A stretch of DNA of 64,000 nt from Planctomycetota bacterium (GTDB lineage: Bacteria; Planctomycetota; UBA8742; UBA2392). Positions 37,156 through 47,200 of this stretch are shown piece after piece. Location of the stretch: positions 661,478 to 725,477 of the forward strand of contig JABTUE010000002.1 of the NCBI GenBank assembly GCA_015075515.1, written 5' to 3'. Made by a program: the position numbers and the translations under genes. How positions within the stretch are numbered: the first letter of the stretch is position 1; each line of letters opens with the position of its first letter. Under the pieces are notes generated by a model, which worked only from the letters and a program-made list of their open reading frames with translations, was not told the origin of the DNA and searched no databases.

Positions 37156-39123
37156 CTAATCCTTTCTGGCGCGCGCGCCGCGCCACAGTTTCAGCAGCGG
37201 CCCGGGAACCAGCGCGCGCACCCCGGCCCGGCACGCCGCCCAGGGCCGCAACGGCGCCAGCCGCCACGCCGCACCCAGGCTGGCCAGCACCATGCCCTGG
37301 TTCTTGTACGCGCCCGCCAGACGCACAAGCTGGTCGGCGCGCGCCGCGCTGTCGGGCCTGCCCACGTGCGTCTGCTGCACGCGCATGGTCATCTCCAGAA
37401 CCTGCGCCAGCCGGCTTTGCGTCAGCGTACCGGCGTGCTCGGTCACCGTATACAGCACCCGCGCCAGCCGCCGCAGCCGCGTCAGACGCGACAGACGCAG
37501 CCACAGCTCGTAGTCTTCGGCCAGGTGGTACTGCGGGTTCACGCCCCCGGCCTGCTGCCACACCGAACGCCGGATCAGAAAGCACAGCCCGATCACGTTG
37601 CGTGACGCCAGTTCGTGCAGCGGCCCGGTCTGCACCACACGGCGCGCGCCAGACGCGTCGGCCAGTTCGTAATCGGCAAAAACCACGCCGGCCTCGGGGT
37701 CCAGCACCAGCTCGCGCGCCAGCGCGGCAATTGCGCCGGGCGCGAACAGGTCATCGTCGGCCTTCCACATCACCAGTTCGCCGTCGGCCACGGCCATGCC
37801 GGCATTGATCGCACCACTCAGGCCGGCGTTGGGCTGGTGGATCACGCGCACGCGATGGTCGGACTCAAAGGGCTTCAGGCGCCGTGCCGTGTCGTCGGTG
37901 CTGCCGTCGTTGACCACAATCAGTTCCAGATCCGGGTAGTCCTGCCCCAGCGTGTTGCGCACGGCGGCTTCGACCCAGTCCGCGCGGTTGTACGTGGGCA
38001 TGACGACGCTGACCTTGGGCAGCGGCGCGCCGGTAGCCAGCGCGTAGACGCCGGCCTCGCGCCGGCCGATCGTGGCCACGTCGTAGGCTTCGCTGGCGGC
38101 GCGGGCCGGCGCCGCCAGCCGCGCGCGCAGCGCGGGGTCGGCAATCGCGCCGATCGCGCGCGCGATGTCGGGCACGCTCAGCGGATCGAAGAGCAGACCG
38201 TCCCACTGGTCGGTAACAACCTCGTTCATCGGCGCGCGGTTGGATGTCAACACCGGCGTGCCGCAGGCCAGAGCCTCGACAATCGCCGTGCCGAAGCCCT
38301 CAAACAGGCTGGGCAGGACCAGCGCGTCGGCCCAGCGGTACCACGGCGGCAGCTCGACGTTAGGCACGGCATCAAGGTGCAACGCGAACCCGAGACGAGA
38401 CCAGTCGCGCGCGCTGCGCCCGATGTGCACCAGCCGCAGTTGCGGGTGAACCGCGCGCGCGCTTTGGCAGGCTTCCACCAACCGGTCCAGGTTCTTCTGG
38501 GGCACATCGCGGGCCACGCACAACAGGCACGGCGAGCCTTTTGGCCCCGCGGCCGTCGGGCCGTCAGGCGAAAACAGCGCGCGGTCTACACGGTTGTGCA
38601 CCGTAACCACACAGGCCGGATCGGCACCCTGCCCGATGGCCGCGCGGGCAACTTCGTCGCTGACGGCGATCAGCCGGCGCGCCCGGCGCAGCACCGCCGA
38701 GCACAACCCGATCACATTGTGCAGGCTGATCACCACCGGAACGCCCAGCGCGGCGGCAAGCTCGAGGCCCAGCCAGCCGCTCCAGCGCGCGCCGTAGGCC
38801 CGCACGCAGCAAGGCCCGAACTCGCGCGCCTGCGCCAGCCACGAAGGGGGCACACCGGGCCAGCCCGCGGCGATTTCGTCGCCCATGGGCGCGGCAAAGT
38901 CCGCCGCCTGTACCGTAGCCAGCCAGGCCTCCAGCGCGGGCTCGGGCGGCAGGGCCATGACGGGAATGCCGGGCCAGTCTCCGCCCCGGCCCCAGTCCAT
39001 GAGCGTAAACCCGTCAAAACAGCCCGCCGGGTTGTAGTACGCGGTCTTGACGGCCGCGTCGGCGCCCGCGGCGCAAAGCTCGCGGGGCAGTTCTTCGGTG
39101 ATCACCAGAAGGCGTCGGCTCAT
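37156..39123 (-). CDS. Bifunctional glycosyltransferase: N-terminal GT4 and C-terminal GT2.
   Basis: GT4: LPSLFEGFGTAIVEALACGTPVLTS. GT2: VSVVMPTYNRADWVEAAVRNTLGQDYPDLELIVVNDGSTDDT with DXD-like D/E residues downstream. 655 aa. Confidence 0.8.
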   Translation of the reverse strand: MSRRLLVITEELPRELCAAGADAAVKTAYYNPAGCFDGFTLMDWGRGGDWPGIPVMALPPEPALEAWLATVQAADFAAPMGDEIAAGWPGVPPSWLAQAREFGPCCVRAYGARWSGWLGLELAAALGVPVVISLHNVIGLCSAVLRRARRLIAVSDEVARAAIGQGADPACVVTVHNRVDRALFSPDGPTAAGPKGSPCLLCVARDVPQKNLDRLVEACQSARAVHPQLRLVHIGRSARDWSRLGFALHLDAVPNVELPPWYRWADALVLPSLFEGFGTAIVEALACGTPVLTSNRAPMNEVVTDQWDGLLFDPLSVPDIARAIGAIADPALRARLAAPARAASEAYDVATIGRREAGVYALATGAPLPKVSVVMPTYNRADWVEAAVRNTLGQDYPDLELIVVNDGSTDDTARRLKPFESDHRVRVIHQPNAGLSGAINAGMAVADGELVMWKADDDLFAPGAIAALARELVLDPEAGVVFADYELADASGARRVVQTGPLHELASRNVIGLCFLIRRSVWQQAGGVNPQYHLAEDYELWLRLSRLTRLRRLARVLYTVTEHAGTLTQSRLAQVLEMTMRVQQTHVGRPDSAARADQLVRLAGAYKNQGMVLASLGAAWRLAPLRPWAACRAGVRALVPGPLLKLWRGARARKD

Positions 39124-40382
39124 GTTACCCGCGCCGCCGGCGCCGCCACCTGCCAGCGCTGGCGCACGTCAATCAGTCCGCGCGCGTCACCCCACGCGGG
39201 CCGCACGCACTCCAGGCGCGCCGCGCCGTCACGCGCGTACAGGGGGTTCTGGTGCGCGCCGTCAAACACGTAGACCTTGCAGCGATAGCGGCCCGCCGGC
39301 AGATGCAGGGCTTCCACCTCCACTTCAACCGCGCCCGTGCCCTCAAGCGTGCGGCCGGCAAACGCGCCGCCGCTGTGCAGATGCACCAGATAGCCCCGCA
39401 TCGCCAGACCAAAACGCGGGTCATCGTGAAACAGCGACAACGCAAACATCGGGCCGTTCAGCGGTGCCCTGGCCTCGAAATGCAGGCGCACCGTCGCGCC
39501 CTGGCCGGGTGTTAAGGTTTCCAGTTCGGCACCGTCAGGGCCAAGCCACTGCACGCGCGTGATCTCGACCAGCGGGCGGCCCTGGACATCTGCGACAAAG
39601 CCGACCTCGTCGGCACGGGCGCCCGAACCGCCGCTGTCAGCCAGATAGCGTGCGACCACGTCGGCGGGTTCACCCAGCGCCGCGGCCCGGCCCTGGTTCA
39701 GGTACAGAACGCGATCGCAGGGCCGGATGTTGTGCATTTCGTGGCTGACCAGCACCACCGCCCCGCCGCCGCGACGCCGCGAGGCGATCCAGTCATAGCA
39801 CTTCACCTGAAACGCCGCGTCGCCCACGGCCAGAACTTCGTCCACCACCAGCACGTCGGGTTCGGCGTGGGCCGCAATCGCAAAGGCCAGCCGCGCGTAC
39901 ATGCCGCTGGAGTAATCCTTGACCGGCATGTCCATGAACTCGGCAAGTCCGGCAAACTCGACAATCGAATCGTACTTGCGCCGCACCTCGGCCCGGGACA
40001 GTCCCAGAATCACGCCATTGATGGCCACGTTTTCGCGCCCGGACAGGTACGGGTGAAACCCGGCACCCAGTTCAATCAGCCCGCCGGCACGCCCGCGCAC
40101 GGCCACAACTCCGGCGTCCGGGCGCAGAATGCGCGTAAGCAGCTTGAGAACCGTGCTTTTGCCCGAACCGTTGGGGCCGATGATGCCCAGCATCTCGCCC
40201 GGCCGCACCTGAAACGAAACGTCGCGCAGGGCAAAGAACTCGCCCGGCCGCAGGCCCTCGGCATCACGCCCGGCGGCCCACCGGCGCCAGGCACCGCTGA
40301 CCAGTTCCGCCAGCGTGCGCGCGCGACCGGTGCGCGCAAAGCGCTTGGACACGCCGGTGACCTCGACGCAGGGGGCGCTCAT
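39120..40382 (-). CDS. wzt: ABC transporter ATP-binding protein Wzt/TagH/KpsT type with a C-terminal ~170-aa extension (Wzt_C-like glycan-terminus-binding domain).
   Basis: Start ATG 40382 in an ATGA overlap with wzm. Walker A GPNGSGKST. ABC signature YSSGMYARLAFA. Walker B VLVVDE. The ~170 residues after the NBD (…VQWLGPDGAELETLTPGQGATVRLHFEA...RYRCKVYVFDG…) form a beta-rich extra domain. The upstream in-frame extension to 41114 is the antisense of wzm. Confidence 0.85.
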   Translation of the reverse strand: MSAPCVEVTGVSKRFARTGRARTLAELVSGAWRRWAAGRDAEGLRPGEFFALRDVSFQVRPGEMLGIIGPNGSGKSTVLKLLTRILRPDAGVVAVRGRAGGLIELGAGFHPYLSGRENVAINGVILGLSRAEVRRKYDSIVEFAGLAEFMDMPVKDYSSGMYARLAFAIAAHAEPDVLVVDEVLAVGDAAFQVKCYDWIASRRRGGGAVVLVSHEMHNIRPCDRVLYLNQGRAAALGEPADVVARYLADSGGSGARADEVGFVADVQGRPLVEITRVQWLGPDGAELETLTPGQGATVRLHFEARAPLNGPMFALSLFHDDPRFGLAMRGYLVHLHSGGAFAGRTLEGTGAVEVEVEALHLPAGRYRCKVYVFDGAHQNPLYARDGAARLECVRPAWGDARGLIDVRQRWQVAAPAARVT

Positions 40383-41164
40383 GCCAGCTCCCCAAAGCGT
40401 GGTTCCGCGCGCCGGAACCACAGCCAGCCCGACACCAGCACCAGCGCGCTGATCGCGGCGGACGCGCCGAATTCGGGCGCCAGGGTAAACTGCCCGCCGA
40501 CAATCAGCCCGCGGTAGGCGTCCAGAATCGGCGTCATCGGGTTCAGCCACGCCAGCAGCGCCAGCGAACCCTGGCGTGGAATCGGCCAGATCACTGAACT
40601 GGCGAACATCCACACCAGCACCACAAGCTGCAGAATGAACTGCACGTCGCGGTACAGGAGGTTTGCCGCCGACACCCACAGCGCCACGCCGCAGGCCAGC
40701 ACAAGCTGCACGCCGATCACCACCGGCACCAGCAGCAGCCCGGCCCCCGGCTTGACCCCGAACCAGGCCATCAACCCCGCGACCAGAACACCCGCCACGG
40801 CAAAATCCACCAGCGCCGAAAGTACCACGGAAAGCGGCAGCACCTCGCGCCGGAAGTAAACCTTGGTGACCAGGTTGCGGTTGTCGCTCAGGCTGCGCGC
40901 GGCGCCGGTCAGCACCGCGGCGTGGAACTGCCACGGCACCAGCCCGATGTACACAAACACCGGGTAAGGAACGGGCGCGGTGTCCAGCCGCGCCACGCGC
41001 GTGAACACCAGCGTGAACACCAGCATCAGGCACAGCGGCTGGGCCACGGCCCAGCCAAGACCCAGCAGCGTGTGCTTGTAGCGCACGCGCACCTCGCGCA
41101 TGCCCAGCATCCACGCCAGTTCGCGGCTGCGGAAAATTTCGCCAAGGTCGGCAAGCAGGGCCAT
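40379..41164 (-). CDS. wzm: ABC-2 type polysaccharide exporter permease (Wzm/KpsM/TagG).
   Basis: Start ATG 41164 (MALLADLGEIFRSRELAWMLGMREVRVRYKHTLLGLGWAV..., the canonical ABC-2 N-terminus). Six TM helices. 262 aa. Confidence 0.85.
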   Translation of the reverse strand: MALLADLGEIFRSRELAWMLGMREVRVRYKHTLLGLGWAVAQPLCLMLVFTLVFTRVARLDTAPVPYPVFVYIGLVPWQFHAAVLTGAARSLSDNRNLVTKVYFRREVLPLSVVLSALVDFAVAGVLVAGLMAWFGVKPGAGLLLVPVVIGVQLVLACGVALWVSAANLLYRDVQFILQLVVLVWMFASSVIWPIPRQGSLALLAWLNPMTPILDAYRGLIVGGQFTLAPEFGASAAISALVLVSGWLWFRRAEPRFGELA

Positions 41165-41216
41165 GTGTGCATTGTGCGAAACGCGCACGGCATGAACAGC
41201 CCGCCCGTCAGGGCCG

Positions 41217-44200
41217 TCAGTCGCCCCAGAACCAGGTGTCGGCAAAGCCGTCGGAATCCACGGCCGGGATCTCGCCGTCAATGAACCCGCCCACCATCAC
41301 CATGCGCGCGCCCACCGGGTCCCAGACCGCGCCGTGGCCCCAGCGCCGCTGCGGCTGCGCCACGGGCGGTGCGGTCAGCGACCACACCAGCGTGGCGACG
41401 TCAAGCACGTACAGGCCGTTGGCGGCCTCGCTGCCGAACCCGCCAAACAGCAGCACGCGGTGCAGGGCGGCGTCGTAGACCATGCTGTGGTAGTACAGCG
41501 ACGGTGGCGCGGTACCGGTCTTGGTCAGCGTGGTCCAGACCGGCGCCCCGGTCAGGTTCAGCGCGTGGAAGGTGCCCAGCGCGCCGCCGTTCAGCCCGCC
41601 GTACAGCAGCATGCGCTGGCCCGCCGGGTCGTACACCGCCGCCGCGGCCAGACGCGGCAGCGGCGCGTTGGCGGCCGCAATCTGCGACCAGACCAGCGTG
41701 TTCAGGTTCAGTTCGAAGGTGGTGTTCTGGATCGCGCCGGTTTCGCTGGCGCCGCCGAAAATCACCATGCGGCCGGGCCCGGCCAGAACCGCCACGTGCT
41801 GGGCGCGTCGGCCGGGCGAGGCGCCGGATGTGGTCAACAGCGTCCACTGTTCGGACCCGGGCGTAAGGTCCAGCGCCCAGACTTCGTCCGTAATCGTGCT
41901 GTTGGCAATGCCGGTGCGGCCGCCATACAGGATCATGCGCCCGCCCGCGGCGTCATAGACCATCGTGCCCGTGCGGCGCGGGCCGGGGCGCGGGCCGGTC
42001 ACGGCAAGCCGCGCCCAGGCCGGACGCACGGCATTGAGGTCAAGCTGCCACAGTTCACCGTCGTTGGCGCCGGCAAGGAACCCGCCGAACGCAATCAACC
42101 GGTGGTTGGCCGCGTCGCGTTCCACGTGCGAGTGCACCAGCCCCGGCGGCTGAAGCGGCGCGCCCGCAAGCTGCCAGCCCGCCGACGGGTTGGTCACGTC
42201 CAGGCGCCACAGGTCGCGCACGCCAGCCCCGGCCTCAAGCCCGAAACCGACCAGCAGGTCGTTGCCGTCCATCACCGCGTTGTGGCTGGTGCGCGCGCCG
42301 GGGCCGCCGCCGGGCAGTGTGACCGGCGCCCAGGCCGCCTGCGTGCCGCCAAGATCCAGATGCCACAGGTCGGCCGCGGCGCCGTTGCCGCTGTGGATCC
42401 AGACCGACGTGGCCGCGGCGTTGGCCGCCCAGGCAAAATGCGACCGCACGTTCATGGGCGTGCCGCCGACCTGCGAAATGTTCGTCCACGCACCGGCGGG
42501 GTTCAGGTCCAGCGCCCATACGTCGTTCAGACCCTTGAGCGAGTTGCGCCCGGCAAAGATCACCATGCGCTGACGAACGGCGTCATAGATTGCGCCATGG
42601 CCCTGGCGCACATCCGGCGACAGGCCGGGCAGATGCTGCACCCAGCCCGGCGCCGCGAAATCAAAGATCCAGACATCATTGTAGTTGGTGGTACCCAGAC
42701 CGCCGAACAACACTGCGCGGTCCAGCACACTGTCGTACACCAGCGTGTGGAAGATGCGCCCGGCGGGGCCGCCGGCTGCATGCTGGGTCCAGCTTGCGCC
42801 GGTGGCCGAAGACAGATCCAGTGACCACAGGTCGGCGTGCCGCACGCCCGAGGCATCCTGGCCGCCGCTGATCAACAGGCGACGGTTCAACGCGTCATAG
42901 GCACCGGCGGCGTACACGCGCGTGGCGGGGCCGCTGCCGGTCACGCTCAGACGCTGCCAGGCCGCGCCCGCCACGGAACGATCCAGCACCCATACATCGC
43001 CGAAGTAGCTGCTGGCATCCTTGCCGCCCCACAGCACCAGCCGGTCATGGAACGTGTCGTGAACCATCACCGCGCCCCAGCGCGCCGCCGGATAGGCGGT
43101 GACAGATGCCGGCGGTGTCCAGACCGGAACAGCGCCCAGCGCCAGGATACTCAGGCCGGTCATCGGCTGCGTGTTGACGTTCAGGCCGCCGTAGAAGATA
43201 CCCTCCAGGCGCGCCGGATCCATCACCGCCGAACCCTGCACGCGACCCGTGGCGGCGATTTCGTCCTGGGCCAAAGGAGTCCAGACGTGCTGGTTGGGAC
43301 CCTGCAGGTCCAGAATGAAGCCGTCCAGCCGCACAGTGCTGCCGTTGTAGCCGCTGCAGGTGATCAGCCGGTTGGCCGCCGTGTCGTGCAGATAACTGCT
43401 GAAGTAGCGCGCCCCCGGTGTACCCGTCGTGCTGACAGCAGACCAGGCCAGACTGGTCAGGTTCATCTGCCACACGTCGGACTGCGTGCCGGCGGTGGTG
43501 TGCCCGCCGTACACCACCATGCGGTTGCCCGCGGCGTCCAGCACCGCGGCGTGGCCGTTGCGACCCGGGCCGCCGGTGCTGATAGCGGCAGCGCCCCACA
43601 GGCTGGTGCCCAGGTCCAGCGCCCAGGTGTCGTTCAGATAGGTGCTGCCCAGGCCGCCGTGCATCAGCACACGGTTGTTGCCGGCATCCAGCACCAGCGA
43701 ATGGCCGTACCGCGCCGCCGGAATGCCCGGCGAGGCCGCGGCAATCTGTGTCCAGGTTTCGGTGCCCGCGCCCAGGCTGAGCTGCCAGGCGTCATTGAGC
43801 GCGCCGGAGTTGCCAAACCCGCCGAACACGATCATGCGCTGGCCCGCGGCGTCGTAGACGGCCGCTGCGTACTGGCGGCCCGCCGGTGTTGTGCCCGCCG
43901 GGTAAATACGGCGCCAGTACGGTGCGGCACCACGCTGGTACACCCAGGTTTCGTTGCTGCGGATCGAACCCTTGCGACCGCCGAAGATCACCATGCGGTC
44001 GTTGGCGGCATCAAACACCGCCACGTGGCCGAACAGCGGCACGCTTTGTTCGCCGGGCGTAAGGTGCTTGGCCCAGCCGCCGTCACGACTGAGCGCAAAC
44101 GGCGGGCTGAGACCCGGCGCGCCGGGCAGGGCACCGATAAACGGCTGCAACGTCAGTACATAGGCCGGGTCTGTCGCGTGGCGCTCGGTGGCGTAGGCGT

Positions 44201-47200
44201 CCCAGACAAACTCAAGGCTTGAGTTGGCCGGAATGCCGACGATCGTGTTGCCGGAAATTGTGCCGGTGCTGGTCCAGACCAGCACCGGCGGCCCGGCGTT
44301 GGCGCCGCCCGTGTAGGTAACAACTACGTCAATTGTGGTCAGCGGCGTGCCGTTGACCGTGGCGCTGACGCGCAGCGGCCCGCCGTCGTCGGGGCTGACT
44401 GTCACGCCGGTGACACTGCTGGCCGGCAAGGCATTGCCACTGACGGCAATGTCGTAGGTAGCTTCATCCAGATCATCACTGTCAATGTCGAGGTCAAACG
44501 ACCAGCCTCCGGCCGCAATCGGCGTGATGGTCACGTCCAGCGTGGCAGTACCCAAGGGCGACAGGTTGGTCGAGCTGAAGCTGCCCAGTACCACGTTGCA
44601 GTTGCTGTTGTTGGCAAAGCTGCGGCCGGTCAGGGTCAGGTCGGCCGAACCAAAGTTGCGGATCGTGTAGGTGATCAGCGTCGGCGTGCCGGAAACAGTG
44701 CCGGTCACGCTGTCGCTGCCGCCGTCGGCAATCGGGTTGCCCGCCGGGCGCTGCACGTCAATCTCGCCGCCGGGCGCGGCCGTGCCGCTGACCGCAATGT
44801 CGTAGGGGTTCTCGTCCACATCGTCGCTGGCAATGTCGAGATCAAACGACCAGGCCCCGGCCGCGATCGGCGTGATGGTCACATTCAGTGTCGCCGTGGC
44901 CGATGGAGCCAGGCTGGTGCTGCTGAACGTACCCAGCACCACGTTGCAGTTGCTGTTGTTGGCAAAGCTGCGGCCGGTCAGGGTCAACGTCGCCGTTCCC
45001 TGGTTGCGGATCGTGTAGGTAATCAACGTGGCCACACCGGCCACCGTACCGGTCACGCTGTCACTGCCGCCATCCACAATGGTCGTACCGGCCGGGCGTT
45101 CCACGTTGATCTCGCCGCCGGGCACGGCTGTGCCGCTGACGGCAATGTCGTAGGTACCTTCGTCGAGATCGTCGCTGAAGATGTTCAGCGTAAACGACCA
45201 GCCGCCGGCGGAAAGCGGCGTAATTGCCACGTTCAGTGTTGCCGTCGCCGCGGGGGCCAGGCTGCTGGAACTGAAAGCGCCCAGCGCCACGTTGGTGTTG
45301 AAAAGCGACGTCACGTTGCGGCCGGTCAAAGTCAACGTCGCCGTACCCTGGTTGCGGATCGTGTAAGTGATGATCGTGGCCGAGCCGGCGCTCGTGCCGG
45401 TCACCGTGTCACTGCCGCCATCCAGAATGGTCGTACCCGCCGGGCGCTCCACGTTGATTTCGCCGCCAACCTGAGCCGTGCCGCTGACAAAAATGTCATA
45501 GGTGGCCTCGTCCAGGTCGTCGCTGTCTATGTCGAGGTCAAACGACCAGCCACCGGCGGCGATCGGCGTGATGGTCACGTCCAGTGTTGCCGTGGCCGAC
45601 GGCGCCAGGCTGGTGGAACTGAAGCTGCCCAGCACCACGTTGCAGTTGCTGTTGTTGGCAAAGCTGCGGCCGGTCAAAGTTAACGTTGCCGTGCCCTGGT
45701 TGCGGATCGTGTAGGTGATGTTGGTGGGTGCCCCGGCCACCGTGCCGCTTACACTGTCACTGCCGCCATCGAGGATTGTCGTACCCGCCGGACGTTCAAC
45801 ATTGATCTCGCCACCGGGAGCAGCCGTGCCGCTGACAAAGATGTCGTAGGGCGACTCGTCCAGGTCGTCGCTGTCAATGTCGAGGTCAAACGACCAGCCA
45901 CTGGCGGCAATCGGCGTGATGGTCACGCCCAGTGTCGCCGTAGCCGACGGCGCGAGGCTGGTGGAGCTGAAGCTGCCCAGCACCACGTTGCAGTTGCTGT
46001 TGTTGGCAAAGCTGCGGCCGGTCAAGGTCAGCGTAACCGGGCCGGTGTTGCGGATCGTGTACGTGATGACAATCGGCGCGCCGGCGATGCTGCCGGTAAC
46101 GCCATCACTGCCGCCGTCGAGGATGGTCGTTCCCGCCGGGCGCTCGACGTTGATGTCGCCGCCGGGCGCTGCCGTGCCGCTGACAAAAATGTCGTAGGGG
46201 TTTTCATCCGTGTCGTTGCTGTTGATATCGAGATCAAACGACCAGAAGCCCGCCGCGGCAGGCGTGATTGTGACGGCCAGCGTGGCCGTGGCCGCCGGGG
46301 CCAGGTTTGTGGAACTGAAGGAACCCAAGGCGACGCCGCAGTTGACTTCGTTGGCGGTGCTGCGCCCCGTCAGTGTCAGTGTCGAAGAGCCCTGGTTGCG
46401 GATAGTGTAGGTAATCACCGTCGGCGCGCCGGCCACGGTTCCGCTCACGCTGTCGCTGCCGCCATCGGCGATGGTCGTGCCTGACGGACGTTCAACATTG
46501 ATCTCGGCGCCGGTGGTGGCGGTGCCGCTGACGGCAATGTTGTACGGGTTCTCATCGAGGTCGTCGCTGAGGATATTCAGGGTGAACGACCAACCGCCGG
46601 CGGCAACCGGCGTGATGCTTACGCTAAGCGTCGCTGTGGCACCGGGCGCCAGGCTGCCGGAACTGAAGGACCCAAGCCCGACACCGCAGTTGACCAGCGA
46701 CGCCGCGTTGCGGCCAGTCAGTGTCAGTGTTGCCGTACCCTGGTTGCGGATCGTGTAGGTGACAATCGTGGCCACACCGGCCACGGTGCCGGTCACGGTG
46801 TCACTGCCGCCGTCCACGATGGTTGTGCCGGCCGGGCGTTCCACGTTGATTTCGCCGCCTACCAGGGCCGTGCCGCTGACGGCAATGTCGTAGGGGTTCT
46901 CGTCGCTGTCGTTGCTGTCTATGTCGAGGTCAAACGACCACGCGCCGGCCGCCGTGGGCGTAACGGTAACGGTCAGCGTCGTCGAGCCGCCGGCGGCCAC
47001 AGTGGACGAGCCGAAGCTGCCCAGTGCCACACCACAGTTCACCAGGTTTGCAACGCTGCGCCCGGTAAGGTTCAGTGTGGAACCACCCAGATTCTGGATC
47101 GTGAATGTCACCGGCGTGCCTGCCCCGGCCACGGTACCGGTCACCGCGGTGCTGCCGCCGTCGGCGATGTTGGTGCCCGCCGGGCGCTGCACATTGATTT

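Noticed and set aside
35854-39273. 583-aa and 552-aa plus-strand ORFs opposite the glycosyltransferase genes.
   Set aside because: These are Q/R/H/G-rich shadow ORFs. The minus-strand genes carry GT4 and GT2 motifs and ATGA coupling.
41334-44222. 496-aa and 461-aa plus-strand ORFs opposite the Kelch region of the giant gene.
   Set aside because: These are shadow ORFs. The opposite frame encodes regular Kelch blades.
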